Both the position numbers and the translations under genes were made by a program. This document shows positions 26,185-39,742 of a stretch of DNA of 64,000 nt, in pieces. Origin of the DNA: Octopus bimaculoides. Lineage: Eukaryota. The first letter of the stretch is position 1, and every line of letters begins with the position of its first letter. Location of the stretch: the NCBI RefSeq assembly GCF_001194135.2, contig NC_069004.1:11958527-12022526 (forward strand). Direction: 5' to 3'. The notes beneath the pieces were generated by a model that did no database searches, was not told the origin of the DNA, and worked only from the letters and a program-made list of their open reading frames with translations.

Positions 26185-26458
26185 CCACTCTTGTCTAATA
26201 TGAGTAGCTTTTTGTTGACTTGGAGAAAGCATTTGACAGGGTCCCCCACTCCTTTGTCTGGTGGGTGATATGGAAGCTAAGGATAGACGAATGGTTGGTA
26301 AGAGCTGTAAAAAGCCGTGTACAGGGATGCTGCCAATAAGGTGAAAGTCACCAATGAACATAACAAGGAGTTTAGTGTACAAGCAGGAGTTCATCAGGAA
26401 TCAGTTCTTCGCCCCCTTTTGTCTATCATAATCCTCCAAGCTATAACAGAGATTCATT
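26185..26458 (+). mobile_element. RTE-clade LINE RT fragment
   Basis: FVDLEKAFDRVP...MYRDAANKVKVTNEHNKEFSVQAGVHQESVLRPLLSIIILQAITE (RT motifs). Confidence 0.85.
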
Positions 26459-26514
26459 TTCCAGTAGGGAGCCTGTTCCAACCCCTTCTTTCATACTCTA
26501 ACCTTTCGTTTGTA

Positions 26515-26889
26515 GGCACTCCGTTGCTTACGACGTCGAGGGTTCCAGTTGATCCGATCAACGGAACAGCCTGCTCGTGAAATTAACATGCAAGTGACTG
26601 AGCACTCCACAGACACATGTACCCTTAACGTAGTTCTCTGGGATATTCAGCGTGACACTGTGACACGGCTGACCCTTTGAATTACAGGCACAACAGAAAC
26701 AGGAAGAAAGAGTGAGAGAAAGTTGTGGTGAAAGAGTACAGCAGGGTTCGCCACCATCCCCTGCCGGAGCCTCGTGGAGCTTTTAGGTGTTTTCACTCAA
26801 TAAACACTCACAACGCCCGGTCTGGGAATCGAAACCGCGATCCTATGACTGCGAGTCCACTGCCCTAACCACTGGACCATTGTGCCTCC
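26515..26889 (-). mobile_element. SINE family A, full length
   Basis: Same head, body and tail as 9371-9758. Confidence 0.9.
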
Positions 26890-27760
26890 TCTAACCTTTC
26901 ATCACCTAGCATAAAGCTGCCCCTCTTTCTACTGTAGCCCCACTCAGCCAGTGAGAATCTTAGTCTTGCAAGCTACAAGTCAACCTCACAAGTGCTGGTG
27001 CCAAAAAACAAGCAAACAAAAAAAAAGCACCCAGTTCACTCTGTAAAGTGATTAGCATTGGAAAGGGCATCCAGCTACAGAAGCCCATAACAAAGCAAAC
27101 ATTGGGGTTTGTCATAGCCCTCTGACCTGACGGATCCTGTCAAACCACCCAACCCAAGTCAGCGTGGAAGAAGGATGTTAAAAGATGATGATGATGATGA
27201 TCTTGTATGTGTGTGTTTTTTTGATATTATTATTATTGTTTCATATTGATTTCAAGGTCAACAGTTTCGAGGGAACGGGGTTAGTCGATTACATTGACCT
27301 CAGTGCTCAGCTGGTACTTATTTTATCGACCTCTGAAAAAAAAAAAAATGAAAGGTAAAGTTAACCTCAGTGGAATTTGAACTCAGAACGTAAGGACAGA
27401 TGAAATGCCACTAAGCATTTTACCTGGCGTGCTAACAGTTCTGCCAGCTCACTGCCTTGCCTTTGATATTACTATTGTTTCGTATTAATAAGGAATGCTC
27501 TTGTCATTAGCTTGAAAGTAGTGAGTAAACCTGTGATGAAACAAAAGTGGAATAGTTTTATGGTATCTGATGTATCAGCCTTTTCGTTTACCCCCAAAGT
27601 TAGGTCACTTAGTAAGATAATTTGCTAGTAATGCAACAAACACCGTTAAGCCAAACAGTATTGTGTTGTATCTAGCTTACTGTAAACAAAGTGTAAAAGT
27701 TTTGTGTTTGCATTGAAACAGATGTTATATGTGTCAGTCAGTTTTGTAGTGGTGGTTGTC

Positions 27761-27808
<48 letters not shown>

Positions 27809-27844
27809 ATATATACATCTATATATACAGAGAGATGTATTTCG

Positions 27845-28139
27845 TGTTTTTTTTTCTGTTTTTTCCAAATAAAGACATGCACTAATATATTTGTTTTTCA
27901 CTCATTTATTACTGTTCTTTTTCTAAAACATGTGCATTGCCTGGAAGTCTTTTGTCGCACATCTGTGACCTCTTCCGCAAGGAGCACACACAAGGACGGA
28001 AAGTGTCGCTGAAGAGGTCACAGATGTGTGACGAAAGACTTTCAGACAATGGACCCATTTTAGAAAAAGAAGTGTAATAAATTAGTGAAGAATGAATATA
28101 TAGTGCATGCGTTTATTTGGCAAAAAGAAAAACAAAAAT
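27845..28139. repeat. Foldback: ~135-bp inverted arms (27845-27978 / 28007-28139) with a 28-nt spacer, each arm carrying a hammerhead-like core
   Basis: The reverse complement of the right arm aligns to the left arm along its length (for example ccaaataaa..catgcacta..tatatt and aagtcttt.gtc.cacatctgtgacctcttc.gc), roughly 80% identity by eye. Confidence 0.9.
28004..28048 (+). ncRNA. Minimal type I hammerhead ribozyme motif (Penelope-type)
   Basis: TGTCG-CTGAAGA-G-GTCACA-GATG-TGTGAC-GAAA-GACTTTC-AGACA: CUGANGA core, one extra purine, perfect 6-bp stem II, GAAA, quasi-palindromic stem III, candidate UUC cleavage site at 28041-28043, and a short stem I (TGTC/GACA). Confidence 0.65.
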
Positions 28140-28249
28140 GACCATCCCTAAATACAACATCTGTTTCAACACACATTTTCAGATTAGGAATATTGCAACA
28201 CAAATTCATAACTTTGTGTGTGTGTATGATAGCCCCCCCCCTCGTTACT

Positions 28250-29635
28250 CCCCCTACCCCCGTTACTCCACCTTCCCCACACCTACCCCTCTTCCCAGCC
28301 TTCCACTACTCCCACATCTGACCCATCCATCCCTTCTCCACTTCAGTCTGTTGCTACCATTCCTCCCGATCTTCCCCTCACTGAGGCAGAGCGCTCCCTT
28401 CCTCAGTAGGGGTCTGCATTTCACCCCCCTCACTCCATCTAGTAACGAATTTCAGACTCGTGCTGATATCCACAGCTTTGTGTGCCATCTAAGGCTGTGT
28501 GCGCTATTCCATGACACTCCACCTGCATCTAATGCGGAGGACTGCTTCACCGACCTGGACTGCCGACCATCCCACTGGACACCAGCTCTTGGCCAGTTCC
28601 AAGCAGTTGATTATTTTGCAGGCATCTGCCAGCGCGCTGTGGACCGGTTTGACTTTTCCAGGCGTCCCCAACATCTGAACATCTCAGCCGAACTCTCGGC
28701 TCTTCGATGTCTCCGACGCCACAAAGACCTCATCAAAAAACTAGCCGACAAGGGTGGAGCCATGGTGGTGTGATGCACGGACCTCTACAAGGCTGAAGCT
28801 CTCCGCCAACTTTAAGACACCTCCTTCTACTGCCCTCTGCCCTCCAACCCCACATCTAGCTACCAACAGGCTGTGTCATCCACTATCCCTGACCTCATCT
28901 CCTCCTTCCGTCTCCCTCCCACCACCTCCAACCTCATTGTCTGCACCCCCACAGTTTACAAACCTAACAACCCTGGCTGTCCCATAGTCTCTGCCTGCAA
29001 CTGCCCCACGGAACTCGTCTCCAAATACCTCGACCGTGTCCTTGCCCTCCTAGTGGCTTCCCTCCCCTCTCATATCCACGACACTAACCATACTCTTCAT
29101 CTTTTCAACTCTTTCTCCTTCCCTCCTGCCTCCTCTAAACTTCTCTTTACTCTTGATATCAAGAGCCTATATATGGTGATCCCACACCACCTAGATCTTC
29201 GACCTATCCCCCAACCTGACACGTCCACACTTCTTTGTGTGGCCAAATTTGTTCTCTCCCTTAACTGTTTCTCGTTTGCGGGTGAGTTTTACCAAAAGAT
29301 CTTGGGAGTGGCTATGGGAACGAGTATAGGCCCCAACTATGCGAACCTGTTCGTTGGCTATGTTGAGGCCCAAATATTTTCAAGATTCTCTGGTCCCACT
29401 CCTGAACTATGCAATCGTTATATTGATGACTGTATCGGTATGACTCTAACCCTAACCGTCCACGCTTTTGCACTTGCCCCTACCTCTCCAACACCACCAT
29501 CCTCGTAGGCATCCATCATCATCCCTATCATATCACTGACTCCTTCACCAGCACTTCTAGCAATGTCATTTACTGCATCTCTTGCTCTTTCTGTCCTTCT
29601 CTGTACATCGATCAAACGGGATGTCACAGATTGCA
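28250..29635 (+). mobile_element. Penelope-like element remnant (RT plus GIY-YIG endonuclease), frameshifted and internally deleted
   Basis: GLHFTP...ADKGGAMVV; (G)CPIVSACNCPTELVSKYLD; LLFTLDIKSLY; GVAMGTSIGPNYANLFVGYVE; RYIDDCIG; then RPRFCTCPYL and FTSTSSNVIYCISCSFCPSLYIDQTG (GIY-YIG start). Confidence 0.92.
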
Positions 29636-30490
29636 AGACAGTGTGTCAGAGAAAATTGATGTGGTAGGAGAGAAGTGTGTTCACATAGATGGTGGCTCAC
29701 TTGCAGTTGGTGATTCTGCAAAGAAGGAACCTTGGAAGTACCACAATGAAAGGGTTGCTAAATGTAGAGAATACATAGGAGAAGGAGAACCTGTCTAATG
29801 TGGACCCAACAGAGGGCCAGTTATCCAAATTGACAGTAGCTTAGTAGATAAAGCAATTAAGGATATGAAGACAGGGAAAACCCTTGGCTCATCAAGAATC
29901 ACTGCTGAGATGCTTAAAATATCTGGTGGAATGAGAGGTGATCTCGTCACCCATTTANNNNNNNNNNAGGCTGGGTGGGGGGGGGGCATACCCAACGATT
30001 GGTAAAGCAGCATTATAGTCAACTACTATAAAAGCAAAGGTAATGCCTTAGATAGAAATAGTTACAGAGGTGCCGAATTGCTTGACCAGGTGGTGAAAGT
30101 CACAGAAAGGGTCGTAGCTCAATTAATTAGGAAGAGAGTTAGCACAGATGTGATGCAGTTTGGATTTGTGCCAGGTAGAAACAGCATCAATGATATCTTC
30201 CTGCTGAGGCAACTACAGAAGGACTTGGCCAAAAATAAACCTCTGTATCTGGCTTTTGTTGACATGGAGAAAGCCTTTGATAAGGTCCACTGCTCACTTG
30301 TCCAGTGAGCGATGCAGAAGCTAGGGATAGATAAATGGTTGATGAGAGCTGTACATGCTATGTACAGGGATGTTGCCAGTAAGGTGAAAGTTGCCAAGGA
30401 GCATAGCAAGGAATTTAGTGTACAGGTAGGAGTCTGGGGATCAATTTTTAGTCCCCTCTTGTTTATCATAGTCCTCCAAGCTTTAACAGG
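29636..30490 (+). mobile_element. RTE-clade LINE RT fragment that truncates the Penelope 3' end
   Basis: LLDQVVKVTERV...MQFGFVPGRNSINDIFLLRQLQ...LYLAFVDMEKAFDKV...GSIFSPLLFIIVLQAL. Same family as 26185-26458. Confidence 0.88.
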
Positions 30491-33400
30491 TATCACCATG
30501 ACAACTTTCTCTGTTATGGTCAATGCAATGATCACACGCTACACACCTACCTTCCAAGCACTGCTGTAAACTGCGGAAGTGAGCTAAAACATTAAAATTT
30601 AGTGCTCATGCACAGCAGAGTTCAAGGTCAATTTTTGCCGAGCAGCTTTGCTCTGTGTGTTTTAGTTTCGTTACTATGGCAACAGTCCAGATACTTATTG
30701 ATCAGACCTTGTATATAACAGGTGTGAAGGAAAGGGAACACGAAAGAGAGAGATAGCTGGTGGGGTGAGGGAGAGGGTCATTGAAGGAAAAGGTGTGGGG
30801 GGAGTGGGATCATAGGGGTGAACAAGAGATGAGGGGATGTTGAGATAGGAGAGGATCTCAGGGAGAGGATGGTGAAAGAAGGTAGGAGGAGCAGAGGAGG
30901 AAAGAGAGATTGGAGAGTGCCATAGAGGTTGTGGGTAGGAGTGGATGAATGAAATAAGATGGCGAAGGAAGGCACTAGAAAGGTGGGGTGTGAGTAGAAG
31001 AAGAAAATAGCAAAACATACTGAGTAGGAGGATTGAGGAGAAAGGAGATGGTGAAAGAGAGCAGAAAAGAAAAACAGTGAAAGCATCCCAAGAAAGGAGT
31101 TGATAAGGTGAGACGACAGGGAATGCAAGGCAGGAGAAGAGCTGTTGATGAACTGAAGCAAGACCATCCCAGCCAACAATTCTACCTTCATTAGCATTCT
31201 TTCATCTATGCTGGCTGAAGAGGGTAGGTTTTCTTCAGTGCAGTGTATTTCTCATTATTGTGATCACTTGTCATCTCTCTTGTGAGGTTCAACATCTTGA
31301 GGTCAGCTTTTGCCACTTCATCTCTTGTATTTCTAAGTGTTCTGCTTCCACAGACACAGTTTTATGCAACCTTCATCATCTGTACACATCACATGCGCCC
31401 CCACCACCACCACCACCACCCACCACCACCAACACAGTTTTCTCAGTTGCAGCCACATTTGATTCCTCTTACCTGCAGCTTCTCTTTCAGGTAATCTCCA
31501 CTGCATCATTCATGTACATTGACATTAAACATCCAGAGATGTTTGCTTGCTTCATTTATTTCTACCCTTCACAGATCCTTTGCATTCAAGGTCCATATCT
31601 CGCTACCATGTAGCACTGCACTTCATGCACAAGCATCATAAAACCTCCTCTTCTCTGAGAAAGGAAAAACCTTTTGTTACCAGAAGATGTAGTAGCTCCC
31701 TGATTTTTTATTTTTTATTCCCTTTCTCACCCTGGCAACTATGCTTCCAGAGCACCCTGCCCCACTACAGATTAGGTCACTTAAATAATAAAAACTACAG
31801 TCTACTTCTAGCAAACTTTCTGAACATTTCAAAGAATTGGTTATACTCCATGCTAAATCTTCTTGTATATCTGCACAAGGAACACTGCCTTTATTGTTTG
31901 CCTGTGACCCCATCACATCTGTTAAGTGTCTATTGTTTACATTGAGCACACTATACGAAGTTTGTACCTACTCCTTTTCTACATACTGAGTACAGTTCCC
32001 CCCCCCCCCAGCACAAGTGTTTTGTCTTCTTTCTTACTCAGTATGACTTTAGTCTAGTCTAAGTGTCCATTAAACCCTACCAGCATTGTTAAATTCATTG
32101 CTGTACTCATTAACTCTCACCTTGTAGATTGTCCCTTCATACATACTTTGTATGGTTCTCACAAGCTATTCACCGACTTCTAGCTTTCTTCATGCCCACT
32201 AGATAACAGGGTGAGTAGCCACTATTAAAGGCTATGAATGCTAGGTATACTGTCTGTTCTTCTCAGTATTTCTCTAGCAGTTGTCTAGGAAGTTGTCTAA
32301 GCTAATCTTGCTCTGAATCATTTTAGCCATAACTCTTTATCTACAAGGATCGGCTGAAAAGTTTGATACTTTAATGGAATGTGACCAAATGAGGTTTATT
32401 TTTCAACATATTTCCCCTTGCAGTCCATGCACTGGTGGTAAGAAGCTTGCTTCCCTACCACATGCTTCCAGGTTCAGTCCCACTGCATGGCAGCTTGGGC
32501 AAATGTCTCCCACTATAGCCTTGGGTTGGCAACAGAAAGGACATCTGGCTGTAGAAAATCCATCTCGACAAATTCTGTCTGATCCCTGCAAGTATGGAAG
32601 AGTGGATCGTTAAGTGATGATGTCAGTGATAATGAGGATTGGCAGAATCATAATAAGAACATTGAACAAAGGGGCCTTGTGGGATTTCTTTCAGCTCTTG
32701 GTATTCTGAATTCAAATCCTGCTGAGTTCAACTTTGTTCTTTCATCTCTCCAGAGTCGGTAAAATAAAGTACCAGTTATGTACTAGGGTCAGTGATATCG
32801 ACTCACCCCACTCGTCTGCTACACACAAATTTAAGTCAAAGCTGGAAGAGAGAGGATGTTGGAAAAAGTATCTGTCTTCAAAGGAGGGAAATGAGTGAAT
32901 TTGGACTCAGAGGGGGGTTGAGAGGTAAAGAGAGAGAGAGAGAGCCTCACACAGTTAGGCAAGCAATCAGACAGGCAGACTGTTAGACTGACGGACACAC
33001 AGGCAGATGTGAGGAGTAATTCCAGTGATGTCAACAATGAAAACCTCAAATATCTGCTGCTTGTTGATGGTGAGGATGTGTTAGTATTTCTAATATTTGA
33101 GTTAGATTTCAAACCCCCGAAATACTCCATTAATATTTCACTAAGCTTCTGTATTAAATATCAGTTCTTATCTGCCTAAATGGTTCTGAAGGGATCGTCT
33201 TTCTAATGATTTTAGGTTTCCTCTGGTTCCGTACGTACCGTTTTTCTTTTGTTCACCAATTCCTGCTGTTATAGATTACACATTGAGATTTATTGCTGTT
33301 TGCTTTTCTCTAGGAACCATTATTACATTAGTGGCAGCCAGAGTGTGTTGGTGGTGGTGGTGGTGGAGGGGAATTGGTAAAATGATGGGTGGGGCTTGGT

Positions 33401-34194
33401 GGTTTTGGGGAGGGAAGAGGAAAACGAAACACCAAAGAGGCAATTATGCTACTTCTTTTTTTCTCAGTTCTTGGTTCAAATTCTGATGAAGGTGATTTTT
33501 ATGATTTTTTTTTTCCCTTCCAGGGTCCAAAAAAATGTGCTAATAATTAAAAATGTCTAATTAATCCCTTTGTCCCCAAATTTGTGACCTGTCTCTCTGT
33601 TGATAGCAGTAGTGATGGAGGGTAGTTATTGCTGATTAGTAGACCTGAAGTGGGGGGTGGATTAATAAGAGAATCAAGAGAGAAAAGCTCAGAATGAACT
33701 GTTTGTGAATTCCAGGTTCTAATTCTACTGTGACTGATTTAGCCATTTTTTTTTTTTTAATTAATTTAAAATCAGTCATTAATCAGGTCCAAAGAATTGA
33801 GGTGAACACATTGGATGTGTGATGTTTACACACTCCACTGGTTGTATCATGTTAACATGCTCTGTTGGTTGTTATGTCACCATGCTCCACTGGTTGTGTA
33901 AATGTTGTGCATGAACGACAGTGCTCAAATGGGTGGAGGTAAAAAAAAAAGGGGTGGGCATAAGAGGAATCATCTGTGGGTGGTGGGGTTGAAGGTGACA
34001 GTTGGGTAATGATGTGTTAAGCAACTGAAGTGGAAGGAACCTGCAGAGTAGAAAGAAGTCCTGAAGAACACTGTATTGCCATCTGCTGACCATCACCAAG
34101 AAGATGACAAAGGATCACAACAAGTAAGAGGACACCGATCTGGAGGTGACCCAAATATGGAACACTACACATACAACTGATAATGTCTTGTATG

Positions 34195-34562
34195 TTTGTT
34201 GGCACTCCGTCGCTTACGACATCGAGGGTTCCAGTTGATCCGATCAATGGAACAGCCTGCTCGTGAAATTAACGTCCAAGTGGCTGAGCACTCCACAGAC
34301 ACATGTACCCTTAATGTAGTTCTCGGGGAGATTCAGCGTGACACAGTGTGACAAGGCTGGCCCTTTGAATTACAGGCACAACAGAAACAGGAAGTAAGAG
34401 TGAGAGAAAGTTGTGGTGAAAGAGTACAGCAGGGTTCGCCACCATCCCCTGCCGGAGCCTCGTGGAGCTTTAAGTGTTTTTGCTCAACAGACACTCACAA
34501 TGCCTGGTCTGGGAATCAAGACCACGAGTTCACTGCCCTAACCATTGGGCCATTGTGCCTCC
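34195..34562 (-). mobile_element. SINE family A, near full length
   Basis: Same as the other copies, with a small deletion in the head. Confidence 0.9.
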
Positions 34563-34934
34563 ACAATGTCTTACTGAATGAAAAACAGTAGAACAGTTTC
34601 ATTAGACTGGCCTAACTGATAAAACTTCAAATTTACCCCAGACTGGTAATATCATCCCTGCCCCCCCCCCCCCCCCCTCCAATAGCACTGCCAGGCCAGA
34701 AATTTCTGCAAGTTGTCCTTAATTTCTGGGCTGAAAATCCTGAGAATAGACTGTGCAGTGGATCTTCTGTGACCCCTAAAGTTTCTTTCACTCCCTGTTG
34801 AGAATGTCATTCTTGCCCACTGCTAATTCACTGTAGAATGTAAGGATTTAATCTGGGATCTGTGAGTGTCTGACAATATTCAAGGTGCCAGAAACCTTAT
34901 TTTGGTCTTCACTTGCTCAATAATAACAATAATA

Positions 34935-35380
34935 ATGGTTTCAAATTTTGGCACAAGGCCAGGATTATTAGGGGGAGTGGTAAGTCAGTTACATCAACCC
35001 CAGTGCTTGATGGATACTTATTTTATTGACCCTATAACTATGAATGGCAAAGTCAACCTCAGTGGAATTTGAACTCGGAACATAAGAAACCAGAAGAATT
35101 GCCATTGAGCATTTTTTCTGGTGTGGTAATGATACTGCCAACTCACTGCCTTAATAATATAACTGTTTCAAATATTAGCACAATGCCAGCAATTTTAGAG
35201 TGTGGATTAAGTCGATTACATCAACTATAGTGCTCAGCCGGTACTTGTTTTGTTAAACCCAACAAAAGGACGAAAGGCAAACTCATCCTTTGTGGAATTT
35301 GAACTCAGAGTGTATGGAGTTGAAAAAATATCACAAAGAATTTTTCCTAATGCTCAAACAATTCTGTTAGCTCAGCAGTG
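34935..35380 (-). mobile_element. Two tandem SINE family F copies (CpG-decayed)
   Basis: Same core repeated twice, separated by AAT-rich linkers. Confidence 0.78.
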
Positions 35381-35573
35381 ATGGAAGTTCAAACTGATGA
35401 AATGGTGAAGTCATCTCTAATGGCATTTGATCTCAGAACCTGGAGACCCACAACAAAGCACTTTTAGATAATAACTGTTTCTGACACAAGCTCAAAAGCC
35501 TAAAATATTGAGGGGAGGGGTTTGTCAATTTAAAGGATGCCAGTCTTTGTTGGTACTTTAATTCATAGATCCT

Positions 35574-35900
35574 TACTCTTTTACTTGTTTCAGTCATTTG
35601 ACTGCAGCCATGCTGGAGCACCGCCTAGTACTTATTCTATCGGTCTCTTTTGCCGCACCGCTAATTTACGGGGACATAAACACACCGGCATCGGTTGTCA
35701 AGCGATGTTAGGGGGGGGGGACAAACACACATACACATATATACGACAGGCTTCTTTCAGTTTTCGTCTACCAAATCCACTCACAAGGCTTTGGTCGGCC
35801 CAAGGCTATAGTAGAAGACACTTGCCTAAAGTGCCACGCAGTGGGACTTAACCCGGAACCATGTGGTTGGTAAGCAAGCTATTTACCACACAGCCACTCC
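35574..35900 (-). mobile_element. SINE family D
   Basis: Reverse complement is colinear with 17092-17478. Confidence 0.88.
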
Positions 35901-36519
35901 TTCACCTTGTGAAGATAAAATGCAAAATTGACTTTGGTGAGACTTGAACTGAGAATCTAAAGTGTCTGAAGGAATACAACTAAGGATTTACCATTTCCGT
36001 CACTCCCACAGCCTACTGTTAGATAATAGAACTAATGGTTTACCAATTCTGCCTCCCAGCCATCTTTTTTCCATTTAAATAATTAAAACCTCTTGAATAA
36101 TGAAGACACACAAAGATGATGATCTTTTAAATGAAAATTAAAGAATGTTATCTTTTGATATTTCTTATTTTCTGTTCTTAAAGACAAAAACAAACAAACA
36201 AAAAAACAAGAAACAGCAAAACAAAACGACAAAAAAAAACTATTTTGTTTCTTCGTTAAATTAATTCAGCCCTAGATTAGCGAGGCAGAAATAAAAGGTA
36301 ATCATTGCTTCTGCTATTTCATGGTTGAGCGATCGACAGCTGTGAAATGAATGCTGAAACAATTCTGTTAAATGACCAGCCTTGAAGATTAATCTAAAAT
36401 GTACTATTAGACTGGAAATGTGTTGGTATATATGCGTGTGTGTGTGTCTGTGTGGAGGGTGTGGTGAGGTGAGGTGTACAGGTGTGATTGTGTATATGAT
36501 TGCGCATGTGTTTATATGT

Positions 36520-36526
36520 GTGTATG

Positions 36527-36608
<82 letters not shown>

Positions 36609-36765
36609 GTGCATATATACATATATATATATACATATATATATATACATAAATATATACATATATACATAACTATATATATATATATACATATATATAT
36701 GTACATCATATATATATATACATATATATATGTACATCATATATATATATACATATATATATGTA

Positions 36766-36799
<34 letters not shown>

Positions 36800-37439
36800 N
36801 NNNNNNNNNNNNNNNNNNNNNNNNNNNNNNNNNNNNNNNNNNNNNNNNNNNNNNNNNNNNNNNNNNNNNNNNNNNNNNNNNNNNNNNNNNNNNNNNNNNN
36901 NNNNNNNNNNNNNNNNNNNNNNNNNNNNNNNNNNNNNNNNNNNNNNNNNNNNNNNNNNNNNNNNNNNNNNNNNNNNNNNNNNNNNNNNNNNNNNNNNNNN
37001 NNNNNNNNNNNNNNNNNNNNNNNNNNNNNNNNNNNNNNNNNNNNNNNNNNNNNNNNNNNNNNNNNNNNNNNNNNNNNNNNNNNNNNNNNNNNNNNNNNNN
37101 NNNNNNNNNNNNNNNNNNNNNNNNNNNNNNNNNNNNNNNNNNNNNNNNNNNNNNNNNNNNNNNNNNNNNNNNNNNNNNNNNNNNNNNNNNNNNNNNNNNN
37201 NNNNNNNNNNNNNNNNNNNNNNNNNNNNNNNNNNNNNNNNNNNNNNNNNNNNNNNNNNNNNNNNNNNNNNNNNNNNNNNNNNNNNNNNNNNNNNNNNNNN
37301 NNNNNNNNNNNNNNNNNNNNNNNNNNNNNNNNNNNNNNNNNNNNNNNNNNNNNNNNNNNNNNNNNNNNNNNNNNNNNNNNNNNNNNNNNNNNNNNNNNNN
37401 NNNNTATATATATATATATACATATATATATATACATAC

Positions 37440-37488
<49 letters not shown>

Positions 37489-37492
37489 CATA
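36520..37492. repeat. (AT)n-rich compound repeat flanking a ~600-N gap
   Basis: Direct reading. It includes a ~31-bp recurring unit ending GTACATCAT. Confidence 0.9.
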
Positions 37493-38914
37493 TGAACACA
37501 CACCCACACACATTTTATATATATAATCTGAGGATTGGGGGTCACACATGTGTGGGCGTAATTTGTTAGTGTGTGTGTGTATAAATATATATATGTGCAT
37601 GTATATGTTAGTAACAAGATAACTGGAACCATGTTTTCTATTTATCTTGCTTCAGTGCTAATTTTCCGTATATTCCATCCCCTCACCCATATTTTCCGAT
37701 AGAATCTAAACACAATGTTTTTTAATGTCGTAACTGCTACAAGCAACAACAACCATTATATACACAAAAATTACATAAATCCGACAACATACTTAACAGT
37801 GGCAATGACCACACACACACACACACAAGCATATTTACATATATATGACTGGCTCCCATGCTGGTGGCACATCGAAAGCACCATCTGAATGTTGCCGATG
37901 CCAGTATCCCCTGACTGGCTCCCGTGCCGGTGGCACGTAAAAAGCACCATTCCAACGTGGCTGATGCCGGTACCTCTTGACTGCCCCCCCCCCCATGCTG
38001 GTAGCACGTAAAAAGCACTATCCGAACGTGATCAATGCCAGGCCCGCCTGACTAAAAAGCATCCACTACACTCTCGGAGTGGTTGGCATTAGGAAGAGCA
38101 TCCAGCTGTAGAAACATTGCCAGATCAGATTGGAGCCAGGTGCAGCCACTGGCTCTCCAGACCTCAGTCAAACCGTCTAACCCATGCCAGCATGGAAAAT
38201 GGATGTTAAACGTTGATGATGATGATGATATATACATATATGTGCGCACATGCACATTTACATTGTGTTTCTCTTTCGTGCATTATCAATGTGCAATAAA
38301 TTCTCCTCTAGCGGTTTTCATGCCTTTACCCCTCAGAACTCCTTCATTTGGCCTCTGCCACCATTCTCACAACTTGGTCGTTCAAATATCTCAACAGTGC
38401 CTCTGAAATGAGATGAGGAAATTTATCTTGTTGTCATCATCACTTATGACTATTTTCCATGCTGGCATGGGTTAGACTGGTCTCTCTTTCTCTTTCTCTC
38501 TCTCTCTCACACACACAAGAGGGAGGTGTACGTTTGGGTGTTTATGTGTGCCTATACACAGCTGATGTATAGTGGTATATACCCAGTTGATGTAGAATAG
38601 TATATACACCCAGTTAATCTATTGTGCTATATACACCTCTTCAATATATAGTGCTAAATACATCCAATCAATCTCTTGTGCTGCATACACTCAATCAATA
38701 TATAATGTTATATATATATATATANNNNNNNNNNNNNNNNNNNNNNNNNNNNNNNNNNNNNNNNNNNNNNNNCTCTCTCTCTCTCTCTCTCTCACACACA
38801 CAAGAGGGAGGTGTACGTTTGGGTGTTTATGTGTGCCTATACACAGCTGATGTATAGTGGTATATACCCAGTTGATGTAGAATAGTATATACACCCAGTT
38901 AATCTATTGTGCTA

Positions 38915-39305
38915 TATACACTCTATAGATATTTAAGACTTTGCTCACTGTCTTATATCAACATCCATGTCTTCCACAGCAGTTTTAATAAAAAGGTCAA
39001 TATCTTCCTAGAATCTATTTTATGGATGATCTTTCGACACATAAACAACTTCCATAAAAATGTCATATTAAAATTTATTTCCATAAATCTTTATCAATCT
39101 CCTTCAATCAAAATGCCATGAGCTTTCATAGCTAATACATTGTTGACCAATCACTTTCACCTTTTCATATTTCCATCTCAACATTTCATTGTTGGCTTAC
39201 AATATTCTTTCAGTTCGTATTTGTGTTTTGTTTCCTTTCAGCCTATTTAATTTTTAAAAAATCATAATTTTTCAAACTGTTTATATTTGAAAATGTCTTT
39301 TTAAT
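38915..39305 (+). repeat. AT-rich dispersed repeat, copy 1 (possibly an L1-like 3' end); inverted partner of 50612-51060
   Basis: Direct reverse-complement match. Core 38971-39191 matches 50772-50992 at 220/221. ILWMIFRHINNF is weakly L1-C-terminal-like. Confidence 0.9.
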
Positions 39306-39327
39306 TAATAATAATTAATTAATAATA

Positions 39328-39742
39328 GGCACAGGAGTGGTTGTGTGGTAACTAGCTTGCTTACCAACCACATGGTTTCGGGTTCAGTCCCACTGCATGG
39401 CATCTTGGGCAAGTGTCTTCTACTATAACCTCGGGCCGACCAAAGCCTTGTGAGTGGATTTGGTAGATGGAAACTGAAAGAAGCCCATCATATATATATA
39501 TATATATATATGTGTATATATGTATGTGTATGTTTGTGTGTCTGTGTTTGTTCCCCTAGCATTGCTTGACAACCGATGCTGGTGTGTTTATGTCCCCGTC
39601 ACTTAGCGGTTCGGCAAAAGAGACCGATAGAATAAGTACTAGGCTTACAAAGAATAAGTCCTGGGGTCAATTTGCTCGTCTAAAAGCGGTGCTCCAGCAT
39701 AGCCGCAGTCAAATGACTGAAACAAGTAAAAGAGTAAAAGAG
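39328..39742 (+). mobile_element. SINE family D, full length
   Basis: Colinear with 17092-17478. Confidence 0.9.

Noticed and set aside
36261-37632. Long ORFs of 150-350 aa ([18 protein letters not shown] or X-filled) here and at 18.2, 41.6, 47.6, 53.4, 54.2 and 58.8 kb
   Set aside because: Translations of dinucleotide microsatellites and N gaps, not genes.
38495-38924. ~140-bp direct duplication flanking the 38725-38772 gap
   Set aside because: Same gap-flanking pattern, so probably an assembly artefact. The 29-bp repeat around 46907-46916 is similar.
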